The notes beneath the pieces are model-generated. The model made no database searches. It was not told where the DNA came from and was given only the letters and a program-made list of their open reading frames with translations. A stretch of 42,241 nucleotides of DNA from Salisapilia sapeloensis CBS 127946 (taxonomy: Eukaryota > Protista > Oomycota), in the NCBI GenBank assembly GCA_023334545.1, contig JAADVB010000169.1, positions 1-42,241 on the forward strand, read 5' to 3'. Of this stretch, positions 8,413 to 19,329 are shown piece by piece. The number at the start of each line of letters is the position of its first letter. Positions within the stretch are counted from its first letter, which is position 1. The translations under genes and the position numbers were made by a program.

Positions 8413-10929
8413 TTATCTTGCGATTAGATCTAGTAACTTGGTCCAAGACGACTTAGTCGCGAGCACACATGGAATCCGGTTGGATTTCCAGAGATGATGT
8501 TGATCTAAAGCAGCGAAGCCTTCACCTCTGCTCTTGTTAGCGCCTGGCATACACCTTTCGTCGAACGTACCTTTGCAAATATCCTCGGTGTCTGCGATGA
8601 TAATTCCTAATGCACCTGCAGCTTGTGCGTAATGGACTTTGAAAACGATCGGAACGGTTCCTCTTTCTACGAGGACGATGCGATCGCGTACAGCGTCTGC
8701 GTTGCGGAGGTAGCTACTTGCATCTGGAGGATCTGCCAGAATGAGTTGAGCGGACACTTGGAATAGCTTTGGACTATAGTGACTGGCCCAGACATCCAGC
8801 ACTTGCTTCGCACCGTCGGAAGAAGAGAGCTGAAGTGTTCCTTTCATGTCCGACAGAAGGACTCGATGAGCAGGAGACTCGTCCTGGATCCGTGTATTAG
8901 CTGGTAGCGACGGATTAGACCAGAGCGAGTGCATCAATCCATCTAGCGCAATGTAGTTTGGATCGCCAATTCCATGTATCGTTGGAATGCTTCCAGGTGG
9001 TAGGTGTGTGGTCGAAAACCTGGATGGCATGTGGATAACGTCGCTCGGAAGGCTCCACGGTCCAGCGCCAGCTTCACCCACTGCCGCGACTTGGACCGTA
9101 TACTTTCGCCCGACTAAGAGGCCGCATATCTCTCCTTCTCTACCTCCATGGTTCCCTGGCTTTGTGTCTTTACTATCGATCGTAAGCACATGCTGTCGAC
9201 CGTCTTTACTAGCTTCTTTCAGGGCTATGCCATACATGACAATGACTTCGCTATTGGCAGCTGCATCCATCCATTGTACCTTGATGCAAGATCCGGTCGT
9301 GGCCTGGAGATTTGGTATGCCACGTACCTTTGACGGCAAAGTCGTCACTTGCGTCTTCACCGGTTTAGATCTTCTGCTTTCAACGCCGGTTGCTTCCTCC
9401 AAGTACACTTGAACGGAGAACGAGTACATGTGACCAGGTCGGAGTCCTCGCATCGTCGCCTCAATCTCTTTCCCATCAAAGTCGTTTCCAAAGAGATCTG
9501 TTGGGAGGGCACTGCGGGATAGCTGGCCACTGGCGATGCGTACGACGTCACTTGTCTCGTGACTCTCCATGCTGTGATCATAGATGCGGACGACGTACCC
9601 AAAGTCCACAGTGTCTTCTCTGTGTGGTTGATAGATGTCTTGCCATTTGATCTTTGCTGTCGCCCCTGTCGCTTCGACTACAAGCGGAGGTAGAGCTACT
9701 GGAAGTGTAAGCGACTCGATGCGTCGTTCCCATCTTTTGCTCTCTTGCCACTTCTTAAGTCGATCTCGTCGAGACCGACCACCTTCCTTCTCACTTCGTT
9801 TGACAAAAGCCGTTTCTTTCGGCCATGTCATGAACCTTTCATATGCTGCATCGTTCGTGGCAAGTCGATGGGCCATGAAAGCGTCGAAATGGAGGGAATT
9901 GAAGGCATCTAGAAGATCGTTTGCAATGGAATCGATGAGTGCATCCGTTTTGAGCGCTTTTTTGACTGCATAAATGTTGGATGCATCCCCGTAGCAGAAG
10001 CGAAGGACGCTAGCGGAGTTAGTGGTCACGAGTGACAGGGCGAGATCACCAGGGACAAAGAGAAGCTCGAAAGGAGATAGCGTCGCGTCATGGCTGATGG
10101 GTTTCCGACCGGATGGATTGCCAAGTTTCCATCCAGAGTCCTGCTGCATGGTAGATGCGTCAAAGTCGACTTGATGAATCGATAGCAAGGCTTCCAACGT
10201 CGATATGGGGAGAAGGCTACGAGAAAAGAGCTTTATCTGGACATCAGACTTGGCTAGAGATAGGATGAATAAGTGGAGATGGTGTGGACATGCGAGGATC
10301 TCGCCATCTTCCATCCCGATCTCTTGCTGCACCTGAGGCTGCACCTGGATGACTGTCGGTGCATACCGTGATACTTTACCAGCATTTGTGCGTTGGAGGT
10401 AGTCTTGAGCCATGAAAAGAGGTACGTGCAGTTCGCTTAGATAAGGAATACATTCTCTATCTTCTGTTCGGAGTGTTGCTTCCGGTACATTTGGTAGAAA
10501 GCATGCTGATAGGAAGGCTTCCCATCGACTGGATGGGATGCCTAGTGGAGCATTGGATGATGCGATGATGAGAGGGTTGTTCGCGACAGCATACGACTCG
10601 AAAAAGTCTTGGAAACTTCGCTCCGTTTCGTCCACAATGGGAATGGTAGCTATTTGCTTACTTGCGATAGTCTCTGTCGTCGATATGGAAGTCTGGTATT
10701 CTTGGCGGATGATCTGGACGTACCGGAGCTTGTTGCATTGGTCGATGGACGTTGCCACGTCCGGCTCGATACCAGTGGATGCATAACAGCGAGCGACGCC
10801 CTTCTGTAGTATTGCGTCAATGATAGGATCGATTAGAGGAGCATGTAGTAACTCGCTCAAGGAACTTTCGAGCGAGAAACCATAGGCAGTCTGCCACGCC
10901 GTCACCAGGAGACAAATGAAAATCCACAT
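8413..10929 (-). CDS. Secreted multidomain protein: signal peptide, degenerate JmjC/cupin-like domain, 2 fibronectin type III domains, C-terminal protease-associated (PA) domain
   Basis: Signal peptide MWIFICLLVTAWQTAYG. FN3 motifs GLRPGHMYSFSVQV and GLLVGRKYTVQVAAVGEAGAGPWS. PA motif ADPPDAS..LRNADAVRDRIVLVERG...FKVHYAQAAGALGIII. JmjC-like FFESYAVANNPLII and LLFVPG. Confidence 0.8.
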   Translation of the reverse strand: MWIFICLLVTAWQTAYGFSLESSLSELLHAPLIDPIIDAILQKGVARCYASTGIEPDVATSIDQCNKLRYVQIIRQEYQTSISTTETIASKQIATIPIVDETERSFQDFFESYAVANNPLIIASSNAPLGIPSSRWEAFLSACFLPNVPEATLRTEDRECIPYLSELHVPLFMAQDYLQRTNAGKVSRYAPTVIQVQPQVQQEIGMEDGEILACPHHLHLFILSLAKSDVQIKLFSRSLLPISTLEALLSIHQVDFDASTMQQDSGWKLGNPSGRKPISHDATLSPFELLFVPGDLALSLVTTNSASVLRFCYGDASNIYAVKKALKTDALIDSIANDLLDAFNSLHFDAFMAHRLATNDAAYERFMTWPKETAFVKRSEKEGGRSRRDRLKKWQESKRWERRIESLTLPVALPPLVVEATGATAKIKWQDIYQPHREDTVDFGYVVRIYDHSMESHETSDVVRIASGQLSRSALPTDLFGNDFDGKEIEATMRGLRPGHMYSFSVQVYLEEATGVESRRSKPVKTQVTTLPSKVRGIPNLQATTGSCIKVQWMDAAANSEVIVMYGIALKEASKDGRQHVLTIDSKDTKPGNHGGREGEICGLLVGRKYTVQVAAVGEAGAGPWSLPSDVIHMPSRFSTTHLPPGSIPTIHGIGDPNYIALDGLMHSLWSNPSLPANTRIQDESPAHRVLLSDMKGTLQLSSSDGAKQVLDVWASHYSPKLFQVSAQLILADPPDASSYLRNADAVRDRIVLVERGTVPIVFKVHYAQAAGALGIIIADTEDICKGTFDERCMPGANKSRGEGFAALDQHHLWKSNRIPCVLATKSSWTKLLDLIAR

Positions 10930-11119
10930 CGGAGGACTGTAAAAAGATCTTTGCTATCGTATCTTTCTATTTTCGATGGAAGGAATGGATCGAACTGCCA
11001 CTCTCCTGTACCAACGCAAGTAGAAGGGTACTTGGACATTCGGCATGCGGTCTCTTTCATAATCTTTCATAGAATGTAGCATACAGAACTCTATATTAAA
11101 GAAAGAAAGAAGCAGGAGA

Positions 11120-12185
11120 ATGACCACGAGCACGGACGTGATGTGCTCGGATCGGACGGATGCGTTCGACCTAGAGCTACATGTCAAGTACCTGACGTCC
11201 CTCAAAGACAAAAAGGACGACTTTGAGTCTTGCATGATTGAACACATGCGTCTCAGCGGAATCTACTGGGGCGTCGGTGCTATGGCGCTGCTCGGTCGCG
11301 AGTCCGAGATGGATCCTCCGAGCGTCATAGACTTCGTTCTGCAGTGCCAGCACCCTGACGGAGGCTTTGCAGGCAATGTCGGTCATGACAGACACTTGAT
11401 CTACACGACGCACGCGGTGCTGATCCTTTCGATGCTCGATGCTCTAGACCAAATGGACCAGGAGAAAACGATCGGGTACATTGCGTCATTACAGCAGCCA
11501 GACGGGTCCTTTGGTGGCGACGAATGGCTTGAGATCGATACCAAGTTCACCTATTGTGCCATGTCGACTCTATCGATTCTTCACGGTCTCGATCGTATCG
11601 ACGTCGACAAGGCCATGTCGTTCTTAGACTCTTGTCGTAACTTTGACGGAGGTTTTGGCAACATCCCTGGCTGTGAAAGCCACGGCGCTCACATCTTTAC
11701 TGTCGTCGCAGCCTTATCCATAGGCAATTCCTTGAAAACTGTATTTTGTATTCGTACATGTAGATTATGTCGATACGACTAACGTTCGGCTGTAGGTCGT
11801 GGACGATGAGCTATTAGGATGGTGGCTATGTGAACGTCAGTGTGACTCTGGTGGCCTGAACGGTCGGCCGGAGAAGCAGGCGGATGTGTGCTATAGCTGG
11901 TGGGATCTAGCGTCTCTCATCGCGATCGGCAAGGCGGACTGGATCGACCGGCAGCAGCTCATCCAGTTCATCCTCGACTGTCAGGACACGGAGGATGGCG
12001 GCATTGCCGATCGACCAGGCAACGTCGCGGATGTCTTCCACACATTCTTCGGTCTGTGTGGATTAACGCTTCTCGGGTATTTCGACGACAAAGACGCCTT
12101 CAAATCTGTCCGAAAGGTACATCCGGTGTATGCGATGCCGGAAGATAAGGTGGAGAAACTCGAATTAAAGGCAGAAATGCTCTAG
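11120..12185 (+). CDS. RABGGTB: Rab geranylgeranyltransferase type II beta subunit, 2 exons
   Basis: [11 protein letters not shown], prenyltransferase repeats, EIDTKF and [16 protein letters not shown]. Intron 11741-11795 joins the two ORFs in frame. Confidence 0.95.
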
Positions 12186-12200
12186 AAAAAATCTTTTGAA

Positions 12201-13301
12201 TTAAACAAGTCGAATGCGTTTACCGGATGCCGCTCGGAACATACGATCGTGCAGTGCTGCCGAGTGTTCATGCTCCGTCCGGTACAAGACGTCCGAGACG
12301 AGGACTTTCGTTACGTTCGGCACACCTTCGCTCCATCTCAGGAGCTCAAAGATACGTGGCAAGGCTGCTCGGACGTCACCTTCGGGAGATAGATCCTCAT
12401 ACGCAGCCACTTGGCTCTGGAGGTGACGTAGTCGACCGTGGAAGTCGATGACAGCACATGATCCAAGGTCTGACATATTGGCTGTGTCCCACGTTTCCGT
12501 CGCGGTGTCCTGGACGAGGAACGTGTCGACGTCTGGAGCGTAGTGTGTCAATAGCTGTCCAGGAGCTTCCTGTGCCTCGACCTTTTCCGTCGTTCCAGCC
12601 TTGTTCTGTACGTTTTCAATGGTGTAGACACCGATGGACTCTTTGTTTTGCTCTAGGACACTCGTTAAAGCTGCTTCCGAGACACCCCCACGTCGATAGA
12701 TAATGACTTTCGCTTCATCCGGAACGATTTTCACGACGGTGGACTCGATGCCTACGTCACAGCATTTCGTATCGGCAGAGTCATTCATCTGGATGATCTT
12801 GAGGTTGTCGCAATGACCTAGATCGTCCATGACGTGCTTGGCTGTCGTGGGAGATACATGGCCGAAGCGATTGGCACTGGGAGCAGCCACCGGGACGCGA
12901 GCACTCACGAGGAGCTGGTGGGCGATCGGATGGGACGGAACGCGTAGACCTACGAAACCAGTGCCGGCGGACACCGTGGACGGGAGAGCGTCTACTGCTT
13001 TGCCGATAAGTGTGAGTGGTCCAGGCCAAAAGGCATGTGCGAGGACGTCGAAGACTTTCGAGTCGACGGGAGATAGCTGCAGAAGCTCCTTGGCTTTGGC
13101 AACCGTTGGTGTGTGGACGATGAGTGGGTCCGTCAGTGGTCTTCCTTTAGCTTCAAAGATCGACAAGGTTGCAGCAGCGTCGAGTGCATTGGCACCGAGG
13201 CCATAGACCGTCTCCGTTGGAAATGAGAGCAATCGACCTTGACGAAGCTGTTCTCCAGCGACTTCAAATCCTTCCTGCGTTGGTTCTAGGAACGTTGCCA
13301 T
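12201..13301 (-). CDS. SUA5: Threonylcarbamoyl-AMP synthase SUA5 (YrdC + Sua5 domains)
   Basis: FPTETVYGLGANA, AKGRP..DPLIVH, FWPGPLT, APSANRFG..SPTTA.HV, GIESTV and APGQL..HYAP. ATG at 13301 preferred over the upstream near-cognate start. Confidence 0.92.
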   Translation of the reverse strand: MATFLEPTQEGFEVAGEQLRQGRLLSFPTETVYGLGANALDAAATLSIFEAKGRPLTDPLIVHTPTVAKAKELLQLSPVDSKVFDVLAHAFWPGPLTLIGKAVDALPSTVSAGTGFVGLRVPSHPIAHQLLVSARVPVAAPSANRFGHVSPTTAKHVMDDLGHCDNLKIIQMNDSADTKCCDVGIESTVVKIVPDEAKVIIYRRGGVSEAALTSVLEQNKESIGVYTIENVQNKAGTTEKVEAQEAPGQLLTHYAPDVDTFLVQDTATETWDTANMSDLGSCAVIDFHGRLRHLQSQVAAYEDLSPEGDVRAALPRIFELLRWSEGVPNVTKVLVSDVLYRTEHEHSAALHDRMFRAASGKRIRLV

Positions 13302-13429
13302 GGTAGTGCAATGACGTTGGCAGAGCAAAGCACGAGTCGTACGCTGCGTAAAGGTCCGGAACGCCGTGATGTCCTACCGTCGGGGCTGTAGCAGCTTGAT
13401 GTGTTAAATACGTGGTCGAGTCTTTTCAT

Positions 13430-13535
13430 CCAACCAAACATGGCTACACTTCATTATCTACCAATCCAACCATCATAAAACGGAAGTGCTATTTCACCCA
13501 ATCCAAAATGGCTACACTATACTCTACCCAATCAA
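13430..13535. promoter_or_regulatory. SUA5 upstream region with a duplicated ATGGCTACACT..CCAAT unit
   Basis: ATGGCTACACT at 13440 and 13508; CCAAT at 13461, 13498 and 13528. Confidence 0.5.
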
Positions 13536-13587
13536 AAGGAAACAAGCAGTTGTATTGAAGTTCATCAAAACCCCTCAAGTCGAGGAT

Positions 13588-14984
13588 CTACGAGTCGAGG
13601 TCTTGGACGAAGACGAGGGCTTGCGGCGATAAACCCTAGCACCCGGATTAGTACAATGACTTGAATAAAATATACAAAGAATAAACCCTACAGCTTCCTC
13701 GAGCGTCATGTCCGTCTGCTCTGGTCCGAAGACTCGTTTGGGAAAGTTAGTCGCGAGTTCATAGTTGGCAATCGCAATGTCTCGGTCGTGGAACTCGACG
13801 TCGATAAAGTCACGCACCGCCTGGAGCGTATCATGTGCGTAGAAATAATGCTGCAGTTTCGTCCCGTTATGCAGATGGAACTTGAGGGTCGCGACCTTGT
13901 AGTCGGCTCCTTCCGGTGCTTTTCGCTCCTTCGGACCATTCGCAACGACCTGCCTCTTGCGTTCAATACTCTCTAGTCTCTCCTCTTCCTTGCGTTTCTC
14001 CTCTTCTTCTCGTCGCACACGCTCTTCCTCCTCTTGTCTCTTCCGCTCAGCTTCTTCAGCCTCCTTCTGCCGCTGTTCTTCCGCACGACGTCGATCTGCC
14101 GCAAGAGATTCTTGATACTCCCGATCCTGCTCCTCTCGTAGAAGCTGCGATTCCGTCCTAGTGCATGTATAAGACACAGGATGTGAGAATAGTAAAAATA
14201 GAGGATACCGTTGACGCTGCATGTGTCGAGCTGTCGCCAGGATATGGCTGTGGCGATCGACTGCTTGGTCTAATTGCCGGATGATCTGGCTCGGAGGGAG
14301 GACGCCGGTGATCCGTTCGACGACGTTAACACCACGTGAGGCGCAGGTGAGGAGAGCAAGGAATGGGAATGTGGCGCATCCAAGGGACAGACTAACGCCA
14401 AAGCCTTCGGCTTGTTGAACACAACCAGCCCAGCTTACGATGCAGTCACTCTCGTTCAGATACTGACTCATCTCCGGTGTACACAGCGCTCTCCTGCGTA
14501 TGCGTTAGAGTATGTCTACTAGGCTGTATGCAAGCTGTGTACCTGCAAAAGGTATCAGCGTCATCGTGGATACTGGAATGGAGGAAGACGAGGAGGAATT
14601 TAGATGCTGTACGAGCCGTGGAGACTGCATCCCGGAAGGACGTGTGCTCGAAATGAGGTAGATGCTCGCCATATCGACGACGTAGGCCGTGAACAAACGT
14701 TCGTGTAGAGGTCTACTAGACGTCTAAGTATATATTTAGTATGAAAGAAGTGAATGCAAGTGTACTTGTGGATCTTCTGGTTCGCCATCGCCAAGAACGA
14801 AGCTTAATGGGGAAAAGAGAAGCTCGACAAAGCCTTTGCGACGGTTCTGAGCGTTCGATGGAGAGTGGTTTCCAGGTGATGAGACCGTATCCTCTGTATT
14901 AGCATTGGAGGAAGGTGTGCCGGGACCAACGTTACGTCTACGCAGACCGGTATCTGCTGTCGGATCATTCGCTACCTCGGCCAT
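13588..14984 (-). CDS. FAF2: UBX-domain p97 adaptor of FAF2/UBXD8 type (UAS + coiled coil + UBX), 5 exons
   Basis: Rebuilt: MAEVANDPTAD...; FVHGLRRRYGEHLPHFE..FRDAVSTA....KFLLVFLHS; LREEQDREYQESLAADR coiled coil; UBX with TNFPKRVF; last exon GLSPQALVFVQDLDS*. Four GT-AG introns are inferred. Confidence 0.85.
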
Positions 14985-15115
14985 CTCGTTGCGATCGAAA
15001 AATGAAGATTTGTGTCTTTTTGCATATCTATTCGTCCTTTTATATTGTATTACATATACAAAACTGTCCATGGAATGTGGAAGACAAAAAGCTATCTTGT
15101 CGTACTCGCATTAAT

Positions 15116-17959
15116 ATGGTGAAGAAAGCGTTATTGACGGCGGCACAGGCCGTGTCAGTGGACGAGTACACGTCTGCTACATTGCAGCTACTAGATAAAG
15201 AAAAAGAGGACGAGATCTCGACGATACAACAAGAGCTAGACGAATTAAACGACGATGAGAACCCGAATGTCCTGCAGCATCTCCGTCTCCACGAGTACTC
15301 ATCGGCTCTCTTTGGCCGTACGATGCTCCAACTAGCATTTCCATCTACATCTACGACAAAACCAAAGCCACACACGTTTACAGTGGGTGATGTGGTCCAA
15401 CTACGTTATCAGCACAAGCACGATGGTGAGAAGCAGACATGGCCACAAGGGATCGTCGCGCGAGTGGAAGATCATAGCATCTCCATCGCGTTAAACAGTA
15501 GTGAGGACGTCGAGGAACAGGAGCTATCTTCCCAACGTCTGACACTCGATCGATTAGTGAATAATGCAACGTATAAAAAGATGACAACAGCATTAGAGCA
15601 ACTAGCCAAGCATCGCTTCGGCCCTGCCACGTCCGTCACGAACGTTGTGTTCGGACATGCAGAGCCATCGACTAATCCACTAGAAGAGCTACGACCATTT
15701 AATACGAACATGAATGCTTCTCAGACGTCTGCGATACAGTTTGCGCTAGCGACCAAGGACATTGCAGCGATACATGGTCCACCTGGAACAGGGAAGACGA
15801 CGACAGTGGTCGAGCTCATCCGGCAGTTGGTGCATACGCATCAACAGCGTGTGCTGGTGACTGCACCATCGAATATTGCTGTGGACAATGTGTTAGATAA
15901 GCTTAGTAGTGTGGATGCATCGCTATCTCTCCTACGTATCGGTCATCCGGCACGATTGCTGCCGTCTATCGTACCTTTCTGTCTCGACCACAAGGTCCAG
16001 ACGTCGGAGAGGACGGAGATCGTGTCGGATATCAAGGAAGAGATAGAGTCGCTACTACAAGAAGCGAGGGAGACTCGAGAGAAGGACGAACGGAGGAGAT
16101 TGCGTAAACTAGTACGAGAAGATCGGAAGGAAGTACGGAAGCGAGAGCAGGAGTGTGTCGTGGACTTGATACGGCGCAGTGACGTAGTGTTCGCAACGAA
16201 CGTCGGTGCTGCGTCCAAGTTACTACGACAAGAGACGTTCGATTGTGTCATCATTGATGAAGCCGCACAAGCCGTGGAAGCGAGTTGCTGGATACCGATA
16301 CTCAAGGGCAAGAAGTGTGTCTTGGCTGGAGACCATCGACAGTTACCTCCGACGATTAAGTCAGAGGAAGCTGGACGTTTGGGTCTGGAGCTGACGCTGT
16401 TCGATCGACTCGCGGCGATGCCTCATACAAAGGATAAGGTCGTTCGGATGCTCGATACGCAGTATCGTATGCACGCGGATATTAGTACCTGGAGCTCGCA
16501 TGCTATGTATGAAGACAAGCTACTGTCGTATGAAGGCGTGGCATCTAGGAAGTTACAGGATCTCCCGCATGTCCAACTGCCGAATGACGAAGTGGATCTA
16601 CTAGATGCGACGATGCTATTGATCGATACGGCAGGGTGTGATCTGGAGGAAGACGTAGCAGATGATAGTAATCCGATGCTAAAGCAGAGCAAGAGTAACG
16701 TTGGAGAAGCAAAGCTAGTGGCTTCGCATGTGAAAAAGTTGCTGAAGAGTGGACTTGAGCAGGAGGAGATTGCTGTGATCACGCCGTATAATAAGCAAGT
16801 GCAGCTGCTCAAAAGTTTCTTACCAAAAGAAGAGTTTAGTCGGTTGGAGATCCGGAGTGTCGATGGCTTCCAAGGATGTGAGAAGGAGGCCGTGGTCATG
16901 AGTCTCGTTCGATCGAATGGGCGCAAGGAAGTAGGTTTCCTCAAGGACGACCGACGTATGAATGTGGCGATTACGAGAGCAAAGAGGCATGTGTGTGTCG
17001 TAGCGGATACGGATACGATCCGTCAGCATGCTTTCCTAAAGGTTTTGGCGGATTATATGGAGGAGCATGGCGAGTATCGATCTGCCATGGAGTTTCTTGA
17101 TGATATGGTCGTGCATGACGGAGTAGATGCTGCGGAGGCTGTTAGTCGAGTCGAGTCTGTCGGTAGCAAGAGTAAGGGGCAGTCAACTCTGTCGCATAAT
17201 GTGAATACTGGTAAAAAGAAGGATAAGAGGAAGACCAAGACAGTCGAACCCAAGGCACAAGAGCCCAAGGCAACAGAGCGTAAGAAGGAGGACAAGGCAG
17301 TTGAATCCAAAGCAGCGGAAGTCGAACCAGTAGAGGAGAAGGCGTTGGCCTCGGAAGATAAAAAAGAGGAAGAAGAGGAGGCAAGTCCTTCAGAGACGCA
17401 GGTGACGAATGCGTTTGGGGCGATGGCGTACTCTTCTTCCGAGTCAGAGGAGGAGAAGGAAGAGGAGCAGGCTTCCAACTCCTTGTTAAAGGACTTGCAT
17501 GCGAGTCGAATGTCAAGGCAGGAGGTAGTTCCAGCGCCTACACCATCCCAAAAGAAGCGGAACAAGAAGAAGAAGAAAGGAAAAAAGCAGGATGCCACAC
17601 CGGTAGTAGACACCAAGCAAGACAAGGAAAGCGATTTGGACTACTTGTCTCGCCAAGTGCAGGACAGTTCCAAGTGTGCTTTGCAAACAGCTTCTGGCCG
17701 ATGCAAGAAGAGCACAGAGATGATGGGGAGTACCTGCCGGTTCTGCAAACTAAGATACTGCATGACGCATGCGCAACCCGAGGTGCATGGCTGCACACAC
17801 GCCGTTCGATCCTTTGAGCGTGAGCGTCATGTATCTCAGTCAAGTAGTGAAACGAAACCATTAACTAGAGAGAAACGAAAGCAACTACAGAAGGCACTAG
17901 GAGACAAAGTTTCCGCCAAGAGCGCGGGAAGAAGTAGCAAGGGCAACAAGAAGAAATAG
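15116..17959 (+). CDS. IGHMBP2: SF1 DNA/RNA helicase IGHMBP2/SMUBP-2 with C-terminal AN1-type zinc finger
   Basis: IHGPPGTGKTTT, TAPSNIAVDN, RIGHPARL, IIDEAAQA, AGDHRQLPPT, QYRMH, LIDTAG, VDGFQG.EKEA, RRMNVAITRAKR, then C-x8-C...C-x2-C-x4-C-x2-H-x5-H-x-C. ATG 15116 preferred. Confidence 0.93.
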   Translation: MVKKALLTAAQAVSVDEYTSATLQLLDKEKEDEISTIQQELDELNDDENPNVLQHLRLHEYSSALFGRTMLQLAFPSTSTTKPKPHTFTVGDVVQLRYQHKHDGEKQTWPQGIVARVEDHSISIALNSSEDVEEQELSSQRLTLDRLVNNATYKKMTTALEQLAKHRFGPATSVTNVVFGHAEPSTNPLEELRPFNTNMNASQTSAIQFALATKDIAAIHGPPGTGKTTTVVELIRQLVHTHQQRVLVTAPSNIAVDNVLDKLSSVDASLSLLRIGHPARLLPSIVPFCLDHKVQTSERTEIVSDIKEEIESLLQEARETREKDERRRLRKLVREDRKEVRKREQECVVDLIRRSDVVFATNVGAASKLLRQETFDCVIIDEAAQAVEASCWIPILKGKKCVLAGDHRQLPPTIKSEEAGRLGLELTLFDRLAAMPHTKDKVVRMLDTQYRMHADISTWSSHAMYEDKLLSYEGVASRKLQDLPHVQLPNDEVDLLDATMLLIDTAGCDLEEDVADDSNPMLKQSKSNVGEAKLVASHVKKLLKSGLEQEEIAVITPYNKQVQLLKSFLPKEEFSRLEIRSVDGFQGCEKEAVVMSLVRSNGRKEVGFLKDDRRMNVAITRAKRHVCVVADTDTIRQHAFLKVLADYMEEHGEYRSAMEFLDDMVVHDGVDAAEAVSRVESVGSKSKGQSTLSHNVNTGKKKDKRKTKTVEPKAQEPKATERKKEDKAVESKAAEVEPVEEKALASEDKKEEEEEASPSETQVTNAFGAMAYSSSESEEEKEEEQASNSLLKDLHASRMSRQEVVPAPTPSQKKRNKKKKKGKKQDATPVVDTKQDKESDLDYLSRQVQDSSKCALQTASGRCKKSTEMMGSTCRFCKLRYCMTHAQPEVHGCTHAVRSFERERHVSQSSSETKPLTREKRKQLQKALGDKVSAKSAGRSSKGNKKK

Positions 17960-18081
17960 ATGTTCCGATATATTCGTTTCTTTCTATCCCATACAAATAA
18001 TTTTTTTATTTCGAGACGAAAGAGGTACTCGTCTTCTAAGTCTGCATACAACGTCCTATAGTAAATATAAGACGACAGGAG

Positions 18082-19296
18082 ATGGCACCTCTGTCGGTGC
18101 ATGCTGCTTGTCAGCATTTGCTAGATCGCATACGTAGTGACAAGGGGCCTACGCAAGAGGACGTCTTTTTCCTGCAGGCGTGGTGTCGTCAAGTACTCAC
18201 AAGAGTGGACGGGAATCGAGGCTGCGTCTCGTACTCGCCGTTGCTCGCTGTGGGCTATTGGCTCCGTCAATACGGTGGAATCTTCGCTCAGGCACTATTC
18301 AGTCGTGCGAATATCCCTAAAGCCATTCGTGATATTGTCTTGCATGCTGACTTGGCGGCATCTAGAAACGATCCGAGCGTTAGTCGTAACTTTTCTCCGC
18401 TCAACGATCGAGACGGATGTTTTGAGCTCGAGGTCGTGGATGGAAGCAAGCGTAAGGACGTCTACATGTCGTGTAGAGAAGCTAGTTGCAACCGACCGAT
18501 TTATATCGACAAGCGGAAGCGGAGTGATAAGAAGGACGAGTGGTCTATCGTCCTTCTGGACAGTGGCAAAGTCGTCCTTTACAATGTCGTCCAGGACACT
18601 CCTATCCATGACCCTGCTGTCTTTGTCCTAGGTGCTGATCTACGCATGTCAAAGGTAGATATGGATGTCGACCTCCCAGAGGCTTGCGGAGAGCAATGGG
18701 AAGTCATGACGTACGACGTCTCGACTGCATTCTCCGAGCTACCGGACGAACCAATTCAGATCCAATTCGGCGTACAGCGTTTGAATACAGTCTTGTGCTT
18801 GCAAGCGATGGACGGCACGAATTTGCTGCCTTCTGACCATACGATGCTGAGTCTCATGGCACCGGACGCGAAGGATACGAAGCAACAGTTCTCGTTTAAC
18901 CATACTACATCTCGTGCTTATTTCGACTATCAAAAGATTCTGTATGAAGCCTTGTCATGTGCACAGGTCTTTGACTACAATATCGCGAAGCAGAGTGTCA
19001 AGCGTCTACCTCGACTGCTATTTACGCTCGAGTCTGTCGCTTTCTTGATCGAACTAGCCCGTCTGTACTCGTTGAATCCGATGACTCGCGCAACGTTACG
19101 AGCGTCTGTGTCGTTGTACTCGGATGCGATCAAGCTCGTGTCGTTATATGCGTCTGTATCGCATGATGGACATGAGGTGTCGTATTGGCGAGCACAGACG
19201 GATGGTGTGAGCTGTCTTAACTGGGTGGAGAAGAGTCGAGCGAAGGTCGTGGATAAGCTGCGTGTGCTGGAAGAAGTGGAAAGCTCGATGGAGTAG
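18082..19296 (+). CDS. Uncharacterised 404-aa protein; intact member of a locally duplicated family
   Basis: Long intronless ORF with ATG and stop. It aligns by eye over its full length with the pseudogene at 22349-23625, which supports it as a real gene. Confidence 0.8.
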   Translation: MAPLSVHAACQHLLDRIRSDKGPTQEDVFFLQAWCRQVLTRVDGNRGCVSYSPLLAVGYWLRQYGGIFAQALFSRANIPKAIRDIVLHADLAASRNDPSVSRNFSPLNDRDGCFELEVVDGSKRKDVYMSCREASCNRPIYIDKRKRSDKKDEWSIVLLDSGKVVLYNVVQDTPIHDPAVFVLGADLRMSKVDMDVDLPEACGEQWEVMTYDVSTAFSELPDEPIQIQFGVQRLNTVLCLQAMDGTNLLPSDHTMLSLMAPDAKDTKQQFSFNHTTSRAYFDYQKILYEALSCAQVFDYNIAKQSVKRLPRLLFTLESVAFLIELARLYSLNPMTRATLRASVSLYSDAIKLVSLYASVSHDGHEVSYWRAQTDGVSCLNWVEKSRAKVVDKLRVLEEVESSME

Positions 19297-19329
19297 CGTG
19301 TCGTAAGGAAATGGAATGCAATTCGATTG

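Noticed and set aside
13294-13307. X-box-like GTTGCCATGGTAGT
   Set aside because: It overlaps the SUA5 start codon and is explained by coding sequence and start-codon context.
14915-15115. N-terminal extension of the 1014-aa helicase ORF
   Set aside because: It overlaps the first exon and promoter of FAF2 on the other strand and is not protein-like. ATG 15116 is the likely start.
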